A DNA stretch of 64,000 bases, taken from an uncultured Anaerolineae bacterium. GTDB taxonomy: Bacteria > Chloroflexota > Anaerolineae > Aggregatilineales > J027. The stretch covers positions 9,269 through 73,268 of the forward strand of contig CAZXCU010000021.1 in the NCBI GenBank assembly GCA_964639245.1, read 5' to 3'. The notes beneath the pieces are model-generated. The model was given only the letters and a program-made list of their open reading frames with translations. It made no database searches and was not told the DNA's origin. Each line of letters starts with the position of its first letter. The first letter of the stretch is position 1. The translations under genes were made by a program, and so were the position numbers. This document shows positions 9,596-17,435 of the stretch, one piece after another.

Positions 9596-9615
9596 CCAAT
9601 GAAAGGAAATTTCGC

Positions 9616-10140
9616 ATGGCAAAGTCTAAAAGCAAGCCCAAGGAAACCGTCCTGCTGATTCGCATCCCCGATGTCGAAGCGCGGCGCGGTGAAGCCTCAC
9701 TCACTATTCAACGCGGCGATTTAGGACATCTCACCCAATTCACCTACACCGGCTTGACCCTGCGCGGCAATATCGCTGAAGCAGTGCAGGCTGCTCTCAT
9801 CGCCCTGACCAAGCTGGAAATGTCTCCTCCACCCAAGTTCAACACCACAGCTGCACCTACTCAGGCAGAAACGGCTGTCACCAGCGATACACCCACTGCT
9901 GAGAACGAAGCCGATACGGACGACGATGAAGTGGATACCCTTGATGAAGATGAAGGTGAGGAGGGTGAAGAGCCCTCTGAGATGAATGACGATGATGACA
10001 CTGCATCGGCTGTGATGAACCTCAGTATCGAATCGGAAACCTCCCCTAAACCTTCAGAACACACCAGCAGTGATGCACTGCTGAGACCCACCACTGGGGA
10101 TGTCATCCCCACCGATACTGCCCAAATGTCCTTGTTTTAG
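9616..10140 (+). CDS. Acidic low-complexity protein at the position of PRTRC protein E
   Basis: ATG 9616 with an AAAGGAAA SD (track start 9538 overlaps the prim-pol gene). The protein has a D/E-rich centre and ends AQMSLF. The assignment rests on gene order only. Confidence 0.45.
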   Translation: MAKSKSKPKETVLLIRIPDVEARRGEASLTIQRGDLGHLTQFTYTGLTLRGNIAEAVQAALIALTKLEMSPPPKFNTTAAPTQAETAVTSDTPTAENEADTDDDEVDTLDEDEGEEGEEPSEMNDDDDTASAVMNLSIESETSPKPSEHTSSDALLRPTTGDVIPTDTAQMSLF

Positions 10141-10162
10141 TCCAAAGATAGGAGCAATAACC

Positions 10163-10384
10163 ATGTCCGACAATCCTGTAACTCCGCAAAACCGTGTGTT
10201 TGTGATTGGTGGGGTGCGCCTCACCGAAGATGCGTCAATGGTGGGTAAAAACACCGCCGACATCCAGAAAATGCTCACGCCCCTTTATCCGCAAGTCGAA
10301 AACGCCACAGTACGCGAACGCACTGATGAAGCCAGTGGTATGACCATCATCGAGTGGATTCCCAAGCCGGGTCGCAAAGGCTAA
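10163..10384 (+). CDS. Small ubiquitin-like (beta-grasp) protein, PRTRC protein C-like
   Basis: ATG 10163 with an AGGAG SD. The protein is 73 aa and ends KPGRKG. It sits in a cassette with E2-like and ThiF/E1-like genes. Family recalled from memory, not searched. Confidence 0.55.
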   Translation: MSDNPVTPQNRVFVIGGVRLTEDASMVGKNTADIQKMLTPLYPQVENATVRERTDEASGMTIIEWIPKPGRKG

Positions 10385-10393
10385 ATCGTCCGT

Positions 10394-10428
10394 GCCTGCT
10401 GTTCAGTTTTGGACAGCAGGCTTTTTTG
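10394..10428 (+). terminator. Rho-independent terminator
   Basis: Stem gcctgctgt / acagcaggc followed by tttttt. Confidence 0.8.
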
Positions 10429-10439
10429 GAGAACCACCG

Positions 10440-10715
10440 ATGAACAATACCTCTTTACACCAGCTAATCACCTCACTGGAAAACCTTGAGCCGCTGAAGT
10501 TGGAAGCGGTGTCTCTGTTGCACACCTTACGCCCCCAAACAGGCGAATGGCTGCCTAGCGAGCTAACGCTGACACCAGAAGCTAAAGAGCAGGTCATTGC
10601 TGCCACTGTCGAACTTGTTGCATACACCCGTCGCAGTGCAAACATGGCGCGGCTGCTCTCGCATTTGCCGCCTATTCCCTTGCGTGTTGTACCCCTAGTG
10701 GAGCATTCACCATGA
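10440..10715 (+). CDS. Hypothetical protein at the position of PRTRC protein F
   Basis: The track start 10392 lies within the terminator, so ATG 10440 is used. The stop overlaps the next start (ATGA at 10712). Confidence 0.4.
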   Translation: MNNTSLHQLITSLENLEPLKLEAVSLLHTLRPQTGEWLPSELTLTPEAKEQVIAATVELVAYTRRSANMARLLSHLPPIPLRVVPLVEHSP

Positions 10716-11668
10716 AGCTGAGCGACCTACAAGACGCTATTGCCCTGCTGAGTACCGCGACCCTGGCAGACCCCCTGTTGGCACTGTGCAGCAGCCTCGC
10801 TTGGCTTGATCCCCTCATTATACAAGAGGACACTTTCATGGATGCGTTCGAGTATCCCTATATGGATACTAGCGACCCTTGGATGAGCATCGCGTATGGG
10901 TGGGACATCTCCCGTCGCTGTTTTCCAGCAGTGTATGCTGACACCACACTGGCACTCCGCAGCGGGACCCCTGAACCGCAGATCTCTGACTTACTGTGCG
11001 AGGGTATCAACCAGCATCTCGTGGGCGGTGAAATCCACGATCTTGAACAACTGCATTTCGGGCTGCCCTTCTTTGGAATGGGCGCGGATGTGACCTCGCC
11101 AGAGTTTTTCGCTGAACCGGCTCACGCCCCACTGGTGCAGATCTATAAGCTCTTTGGGGTCACGGTGGGTGACTATGCCATCCCGGATAACTTTGACCAA
11201 GCGGCACGGGTCGCACAGGTGCTGGCACTCAGCCTGCGTGAAACAGATGATGCCACGTATGCCAATGTCGCTTGGCTGCTGGAGTGGCTGTTTGCTCAGA
11301 CGGGCAACACTGCTGCCGATTACACCGACGAAGAATTTTTTGATATGGGACTCGAGCCGCTGCCTTGGGAGCCTGATGAGGTCGAGTTCAATGCTCTGAT
11401 GCACGACGAGGCGGCTGAAATCGTCCAATTTGCCCAGCAGGGGTTAGCCACACTGCTGGATGATTCAGAATTGCAAGCTGCGCTTCGTACCAATATTGAA
11501 AAAGTAGCATGTTCTGTGAGAAAGGTAAAACGCCATGACTTTAATGATGCCTATGCCCACCGCCTTGCACAGCGCCTCCGATGGGTTGACCGCCCTGAGT
11601 CAGTTGATGCGGGCGGAACCAACCCTGACCCTGAAACTATATCCCTTCGGGGTGCTGATGCAGCGTAA
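10712..11668 (+). CDS. Hypothetical acidic protein at the position of PRTRC protein B
   Basis: ATGA overlap with the upstream gene; 318 aa. No JAB/MPN metal motif was recognised by eye. Confidence 0.45.
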   Translation: MKLSDLQDAIALLSTATLADPLLALCSSLAWLDPLIIQEDTFMDAFEYPYMDTSDPWMSIAYGWDISRRCFPAVYADTTLALRSGTPEPQISDLLCEGINQHLVGGEIHDLEQLHFGLPFFGMGADVTSPEFFAEPAHAPLVQIYKLFGVTVGDYAIPDNFDQAARVAQVLALSLRETDDATYANVAWLLEWLFAQTGNTAADYTDEEFFDMGLEPLPWEPDEVEFNALMHDEAAEIVQFAQQGLATLLDDSELQAALRTNIEKVACSVRKVKRHDFNDAYAHRLAQRLRWVDRPESVDAGGTNPDPETISLRGADAA

Positions 11669-12269
11669 AACCCCGCAGGGCTGTATGGAATATCTGATAG
11701 ACCCCGCCCAGCTTGCCTTGCAGTTAGCAGCCACTGTCCGCTTGGAAACAGGTATTCTCTCTTCCAATACGATCTACATCTCACAGGAAGGGGTGCAAAA
11801 GCTGGTGGTGGAATACCGCCCGCGCCAGAAGACAGCCATCTTTCTGGAAGGCACAGAGGCTCCTGTGATTGTACCACTGCCTGAACTGCTGCTGTTCCGC
11901 CGCACCACCGACAAGGGACTGCCCGACTACCGCGTGTTTGCTGTCAAACAACGTCCAGCAGACCTCACCGCCAAGCTGTTCTATGCGCCGCTACCCAATA
12001 TCTATGATGATGGACGGGTCTGCTGGGGCAGCGTCCAGCACTTGCAGGCACAGCAGTTGATAGGAACCAACCTCGCCGAAGATTGGAAAGTCCTACTGGG
12101 AACACGCTTTGGCTCCCACAATGCGGGCAGACGCAGTAAAAGCCATTCCGATGACATCCGTAAGAAATATCTGGCGATGGAAGCTGCCAAAACACGGGTT
12201 TATTCCAAAGCTGATCTCATATCTGCTAACCGCACGCTGGAAGATGTACTGGAAGGACTACGAAGATGA
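11535..12269 (+). CDS. E2/UBC-like protein, PRTRC protein A-like (start uncertain: 11535, 11607 or 11658)
   Basis: The motif FYAPLPNIYDDGRVCWGS mirrors the E2 active-site HPN...C signature. The stop overlaps the ThiF start (ATGA at 12266). Confidence 0.6.
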   Translation: MTLMMPMPTALHSASDGLTALSQLMRAEPTLTLKLYPFGVLMQRKTPQGCMEYLIDPAQLALQLAATVRLETGILSSNTIYISQEGVQKLVVEYRPRQKTAIFLEGTEAPVIVPLPELLLFRRTTDKGLPDYRVFAVKQRPADLTAKLFYAPLPNIYDDGRVCWGSVQHLQAQQLIGTNLAEDWKVLLGTRFGSHNAGRRSKSHSDDIRKKYLAMEAAKTRVYSKADLISANRTLEDVLEGLRR

Positions 12270-13093
12270 AACTGTATGCCTATGATGGAGCCTGGCAGAT
12301 TGACCATCTGCTCATTGTGGGGATAGGCGGTACGGGGTCGTCCCTCGCGCACATTGCCGCCCGCATTTTGTGGCAGCGCAGGCAGATGGGACAGAGTGTA
12401 CCTCTGCTGCAGCTCGTTGATCCCGATGTAGTGGAAGAAAAGAATGTCGGACGACAGCACTTTCTACCCCTCGACATTGGACTGTCCAAAGCCGAAGTCA
12501 CCGCCCGCCGCCTGAGTCTGCTGTACGGGTTACCAATCATGTGGTCAAGCGAGACCTTTGATGCCAACAAGCACCTGCAACTTGGGACAATTCTGGTAGG
12601 TTGTGTGGACAACCATACTGCCCGCCAAACGCTGGTGAACGCCGCTGAGGGAGTGACTTACCTAGATGTAGGCAATGACCGCACCTATGGACAGGTGGTG
12701 TGCGGTTCCACCGCCTCAGTTGACAGGGTGATGAGCAGCATCACTCAGATGGAGAGCGACCAGCAGTACCCGCGCCGTGACCACTACTACCCCTGTCAGC
12801 ACCTACCCAACATCGCTTTGCTCTATCCTGAATTGCTTAACCCTGAACCACCGACGGTGCAACCTGACCTCTCTTGTGCAGAATTGGTCATGGCTGAAGA
12901 ACAGCACCTACTCATCAATGATGCCATGGCGATGGTGTGCAGCAGCTACCTCTACAAGCTGATTAATCGTCAGCCTTTGACCATCTTTATGAGTCAGGTG
13001 GATTTGCATCAACAAACCACCACTTCAAAGCGCATCTGCCCGACGGAACTGCGTAATAGTTTAGGCAGTGTTGTATCACAACCAACCGCTTGA
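12266..13093 (+). CDS. ThiF/MoeB/E1-like adenylyltransferase (PRTRC ThiF family)
   Basis: Rossmann nucleotide loop LLIVGIGGTGSSLA, followed by LVDPDVVEEKNVGRQHF and VGCVDNHTAR, all typical of the E1/ThiF fold. Confidence 0.8.
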   Translation: MKLYAYDGAWQIDHLLIVGIGGTGSSLAHIAARILWQRRQMGQSVPLLQLVDPDVVEEKNVGRQHFLPLDIGLSKAEVTARRLSLLYGLPIMWSSETFDANKHLQLGTILVGCVDNHTARQTLVNAAEGVTYLDVGNDRTYGQVVCGSTASVDRVMSSITQMESDQQYPRRDHYYPCQHLPNIALLYPELLNPEPPTVQPDLSCAELVMAEEQHLLINDAMAMVCSSYLYKLINRQPLTIFMSQVDLHQQTTTSKRICPTELRNSLGSVVSQPTA

Positions 13094-13136
13094 TCCTCTG
13101 TTTGTTATCACTATTGAACCCTTGAAAGGAACTACC

Positions 13137-13367
13137 ATGCCAACCCAACGCATTTTGATTACCTATCTGGTGATCGCCAATGAACAGCCGCTTGAAGCAG
13201 TCCAGCCTACCGAAGCTCTCGTCTGGAAAAAAGAACTGGCAGTGACCGCAGTTGATCCAGATATCCGTCCAGATCCCGATTGGTGTTATGAGCGCATCAT
13301 CGCGGCTAATCCCGATTTTGACCAGTACACCATCGGCATCTGTGCAGTGGATAGTGAGCCTGAATAG
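13137..13367 (+). CDS. Hypothetical small protein (76 aa)
   Basis: ATG 13137 with an AAAGGAA SD; a terminator follows. Confidence 0.5.
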   Translation: MPTQRILITYLVIANEQPLEAVQPTEALVWKKELAVTAVDPDIRPDPDWCYERIIAANPDFDQYTIGICAVDSEPE

Positions 13368-13392
13368 GGCTTGGCTTGCTCATCGCTGCTTG

Positions 13393-13424
13393 AAGACGCG
13401 CCTCTTGAGCGCGTCTTTTGTTTT
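13393..13424 (+). terminator. Rho-independent terminator
   Basis: Stem aagacgcgc / gcgcgtctt followed by ttttgtttt. Confidence 0.8.
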
Positions 13425-13438
13425 CTAGGAGACTGACC

Positions 13439-14419
13439 ATGCTGACCTTAGACCAATTGACTGAGAAAGTCGCCTTACCCAGTGAGATTGACCATGCCCT
13501 CAAACGCGGTTTTGATCTCGCCCTCAGTATTTCAGGAGGGAAAGACTCCGATGCCATGAGCCGACTGCTCTATCATATGCGCTTTCACCAGCCGCGTGGT
13601 TGGCGGGGACGCATCTACCTGCTTCATGCCCATCTGGGTCGGGCAGAACACCTCATCACACCGCGCTACATCGCCCGTTTTGCCAACCAGCTAGGGTTGC
13701 CTCTGCATCTTGTAGATGGGGGCGATCTGGTGGATGTTATGCAAGCCCGAAAAGCCAAACTCGAAGCACAGGGTAAACAGGCTCCCTTCTGGCCTTCGGC
13801 GCAAGCCCGCTACTGTACCTCCTCTTGCAAGCGTGACAAGCTGAATGCTTTCCTGCGTACTTGGGCAGGCAAGACGGGCAAAGTCATCTGTGCGATGGGG
13901 CTGCGTGCCGCTGAATCCCCTTCACGAGCGCACAAACCCATCCTCCAACCGCGTGTGGGAGTCCAAACACAAAGTCGCACTGCCTATGATTGGCTGCCCC
14001 TCCATCATTTCACCACTTCTGAGGTCTGGAATGCCATTGGCTACAGCCTTGATGAACTACACAGTCTACAAGCTCATTACAAGGATATGACCCCTGACCA
14101 GATTTTTGAGACCTCTTTCAAAGCCCATCCCGCCTATGCGTTGGGCAACGAACGGCTGTCGTGTGGGCTGTGTATCTTTGGCAGTTTGAGGGATTTACGC
14201 AATGGGGCGCGACAAAATCCAGAAGTTTACAGAGAATATGTGCAGCTCGAAGTCGAGTCAGGCTATGCCTTCCAGCCGGGACGTTGGTTGGGGGATATCG
14301 CACCCGAATTGCTGCCTCCTGATCTGCAAACAGCCTTCCAAGCAGCTAAAGGGCAGCCACACCAGTTCCAACCTCTTCCCAATCCCCCGCTGGTTCCTCA
14401 GCAGCTTCCCCTGTTTTGA
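13439..14419 (+). CDS. PAPS reductase-like / PP-loop ATP pyrophosphatase family protein
   Basis: ATG 13439 with an AGGAG SD. PP-loop SISGGKDSDAM. Cys pairs near the C-terminus (CGLCIFGS). The protein ends QQLPLF. Confidence 0.7.
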   Translation: MLTLDQLTEKVALPSEIDHALKRGFDLALSISGGKDSDAMSRLLYHMRFHQPRGWRGRIYLLHAHLGRAEHLITPRYIARFANQLGLPLHLVDGGDLVDVMQARKAKLEAQGKQAPFWPSAQARYCTSSCKRDKLNAFLRTWAGKTGKVICAMGLRAAESPSRAHKPILQPRVGVQTQSRTAYDWLPLHHFTTSEVWNAIGYSLDELHSLQAHYKDMTPDQIFETSFKAHPAYALGNERLSCGLCIFGSLRDLRNGARQNPEVYREYVQLEVESGYAFQPGRWLGDIAPELLPPDLQTAFQAAKGQPHQFQPLPNPPLVPQQLPLF

Positions 14420-14771
14420 AATCTTTTTCCACTGGTGCTGTGGTGGTGATAATGACCGCCCCTAGCTGTTCATCTCAAAATACACCGCTTCAGCACCACT
14501 CCTCCCTACAAAAACTACCTTTTCAGACCAACACCGCTTTTGGTTGGGCAGCGTGCGCTGCCCCGAACGCCACAGGCGTTCCGACACGATTTGCCCCGAC
14601 ATTTTTTGAAAAACACCGCCGCAGAAGGGGCAAACGTGGAGCAAGCCTAACAGCTTGCCCCTGCACGTTCCTTAGCAGGGGGTATGCGGCACTTTGTACC
14701 GCATCAGTTGCAGTGCAACTGGTGATATCCGCGCTCTAGCGTCGGATATTCGTTCATTTACGTATGAACTC

Positions 14772-17435
14772 TCAGTATAAGGATTCTTGAAATAGCTCCT
14801 GATGGAATATCTCATCATCTGGATTCAGAATAATTTCATAGCGTCCAGCACTAGCATCACTACCTTTGATAAGGCGGTAAGTCATGCCACTAGCTCCCGC
14901 TATTTCTTGGGCAAACCGCATCTTTTCACGCACAACGGGAGCTTCAACTTGGTGGTCGCCCTTTACCTCTACGATGATGAATTTTTCATTCTCATCTTGC
15001 AGCAGAAAATCGGGATAGTAACTGCGAACTGTATGAGATTCAGGATCAATATATTGCACATAGAAATCTGACTGACCATGTGTGAGCATCCCGGTGAAAA
15101 ACAATTTCTTCACCCGACCATCTCTTAACAGCCGCCAAAACAACTCTCGCTCTGGGTTTGAGTCAAAGCAGTAGGCATCTAAATGGAAGCTCTTGGCTGC
15201 ATCTTCACCAGCTTGAGTCTCTCGAATAACCAAATCGGATTTGGCACTGAGTTCGTAAAACCCTTCCGATGGGATCTTCACCAGATCAACCTCGTATTCT
15301 TGTTGTTTCTCCTCTGCTTTGATTTCATATAAGACCTCAAAGAGACGCGGAATGATCCAGTCATAAAGCAGTTCATTGAACTCATTTACCTCTACCAATA
15401 TTGCCTCAATAGATTCAGCAGACATTGCCAACAAGTCTTCAATCTCAAGGCACGACAGATGTAGATAGCGCGAAATCTCTGCGACCAAAGTCAGTCCGCT
15501 GAATTGACGTTTTTCTCGGCGATGGGAAATGTCCTCTGTTTTGATGGTTCGACTTGAAGCGGTCAATCCTTCACGTTCTGTATGGATCAGGCGATACTGA
15601 TCAGTGGGTGCTTGATTCAACTCTAAGCTGAAACCGGGTGTTAGATTTTTGGGCAGAAGTTCAAATGAGCGGCGAATTCTACTGAGTTTGATCTTCTCTA
15701 CTGGCAGTTTGACATAGGCGCGAACAACCTCACGCGCTTGACTACTTTGTTGCACTTCTTCAATTGAGACACGGAAATTTTCTTGGAGTTCATCTTCGAG
15801 AATAGCTATATTTTCATCACTGAGATAGACATGCCCGGTGTGTTGTGCATCACCGATAGACCGCAAGCAACGCATAGAGGCTTGTAAGACAAAAATCTTT
15901 GATCTTGGTCTACGAAAAAGGGCTACTGAAAACAATGACCGACAGTTCCAGCCTTCTCGCCCCTTATTGACCAATAAAATAAATTGCTTATCTGATCCGG
16001 GGGTATCAAGGCGATTGAATTCACGAATCTCCTCGTTGGAAGTGATTGACTCATCACCCACATTCACCAGTATCTTGTTAGTTGGGATGCCATAATTCAC
16101 CAATGCGTCCTCTACAGCAGGACGCAGCTCATTTTGTAATTCATCAATTGTCGCGGCGAAGAACGCCATCTTAGGCAGCATTCCTTCATGGCGATCACTG
16201 AGGTTATTGTGTTGAAGAAAGTCTTCAATTGCCAGTTTCACGAATTCTGCTGTTCGTGGATTGTTATAGCCATGAATACGGATATTCTTGAGGTATGCTT
16301 TGTTGATTGCTTCCTGTAACCCAAAGGCATAAACAACCTCCGGCAAGATTTGATCTTTGACATAGGGTGTCCCAGTGTAGTTGTAGCAAGCAACTACATG
16401 CGTACCTGCTTCTTTGAGACTGGCAGCGAGTGCATCAATAGTCACACGTAAACTGGTTGGTGAGGACTGCATACCCATATCGCGTGCGAGTTGATTACCA
16501 AACGCATGGTGGGCTTCATCCACATAGATGCCTAATTGTTCAAGTCGGCGCAGTTTCTCAAACCGCTGATTGGTGGATAGTTCGGTTTCATCTTCTGGCT
16601 GATCCCAACCATAGAGGTCGCTATATTGCTCATAGACTGAACCCGTATCGTAGGTGGGTTTGCCACTTTCCAATAGCAATTCCATTGGTGTTTTTTCTCG
16701 ATGCTGGCGTTTGAGAATGATTTTCTGTGTATTGGATATGATGAGGTTGAAGCGCGATTTATCCAGAATATTGAGTGTCATTCCTGCTTCATCAAGGAAG
16801 TAGAAGCGGATATTGGTATCTAACCAGTTGACATACTCAGGTGGCACGACCTTCGACTTATCAAATGTCTGGATTTCTCGCAGAGATTGCAGTACTGTTG
16901 TGTCTGGAGCAAAGACCAGCGCATTATGGCAGTATTTGGGGTCTTTAGGGAACTTGTTTGCCAGAATAAATTCATAGAAGATGCACGTTGCCATCAGGAT
17001 GGTTTTGCCTGTACCCATCGTCAGCGCAAAAATGTAATTAGGATAGGTGCGGGCATAGGAACGCATGTGACTATAAACATCATCAAACTGCTCCTTGGTC
17101 GGAGCATCGAACAAGCCTAATTGCCGCTTGTCTCCCTGACCAATACCTACCTTGCCACGTCCCTCAAACTTACCAGTATCCTCTGACCATGTTTTGAACA
17201 GTTGATGCACTGGTTCATTATCCATGTATTCTTTGAGGAATACGTACATCTCTAGTGCTTCAAACTGCGGTTGGCGCAGAAAGGCTTTAGCATTGGATGG
17301 GTCATTGTAATCCAGATACTTCTTGGTCAGTTCGCGGTAATGCTGGCGAATACGTCCACGATTGCTACTATAAAAATCCCAAAGATGGTTGAAAAAAGCA
17401 AAACTCAGAGAGGCAGATGTAGACTTTTTAGCCAT
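14772..17435 (-). CDS. res: Type III restriction enzyme Res subunit (SF2 helicase + PD-(D/E)xK nuclease)
   Basis: Motif I LTMGTGKT and DEAH box IYVDEAHH. C-terminal nuclease motif YPDFLL...IIVEVKGD. The ATG at 17435 (MAKKSTS) overlaps the mod stop by 8 nt. Confidence 0.85.
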   Translation of the reverse strand: MAKKSTSASLSFAFFNHLWDFYSSNRGRIRQHYRELTKKYLDYNDPSNAKAFLRQPQFEALEMYVFLKEYMDNEPVHQLFKTWSEDTGKFEGRGKVGIGQGDKRQLGLFDAPTKEQFDDVYSHMRSYARTYPNYIFALTMGTGKTILMATCIFYEFILANKFPKDPKYCHNALVFAPDTTVLQSLREIQTFDKSKVVPPEYVNWLDTNIRFYFLDEAGMTLNILDKSRFNLIISNTQKIILKRQHREKTPMELLLESGKPTYDTGSVYEQYSDLYGWDQPEDETELSTNQRFEKLRRLEQLGIYVDEAHHAFGNQLARDMGMQSSPTSLRVTIDALAASLKEAGTHVVACYNYTGTPYVKDQILPEVVYAFGLQEAINKAYLKNIRIHGYNNPRTAEFVKLAIEDFLQHNNLSDRHEGMLPKMAFFAATIDELQNELRPAVEDALVNYGIPTNKILVNVGDESITSNEEIREFNRLDTPGSDKQFILLVNKGREGWNCRSLFSVALFRRPRSKIFVLQASMRCLRSIGDAQHTGHVYLSDENIAILEDELQENFRVSIEEVQQSSQAREVVRAYVKLPVEKIKLSRIRRSFELLPKNLTPGFSLELNQAPTDQYRLIHTEREGLTASSRTIKTEDISHRREKRQFSGLTLVAEISRYLHLSCLEIEDLLAMSAESIEAILVEVNEFNELLYDWIIPRLFEVLYEIKAEEKQQEYEVDLVKIPSEGFYELSAKSDLVIRETQAGEDAAKSFHLDAYCFDSNPERELFWRLLRDGRVKKLFFTGMLTHGQSDFYVQYIDPESHTVRSYYPDFLLQDENEKFIIVEVKGDHQVEAPVVREKMRFAQEIAGASGMTYRLIKGSDASAGRYEIILNPDDEIFHQELFQESLY

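Noticed and set aside
14416-14739. A 107-aa + strand ORF in the junction region after the PAPS-reductase-like gene.
   Set aside because: There is no SD. The ORF runs through a series of hairpins and palindromes, its composition is unlike that of neighbouring genes, and the region is more likely non-coding.
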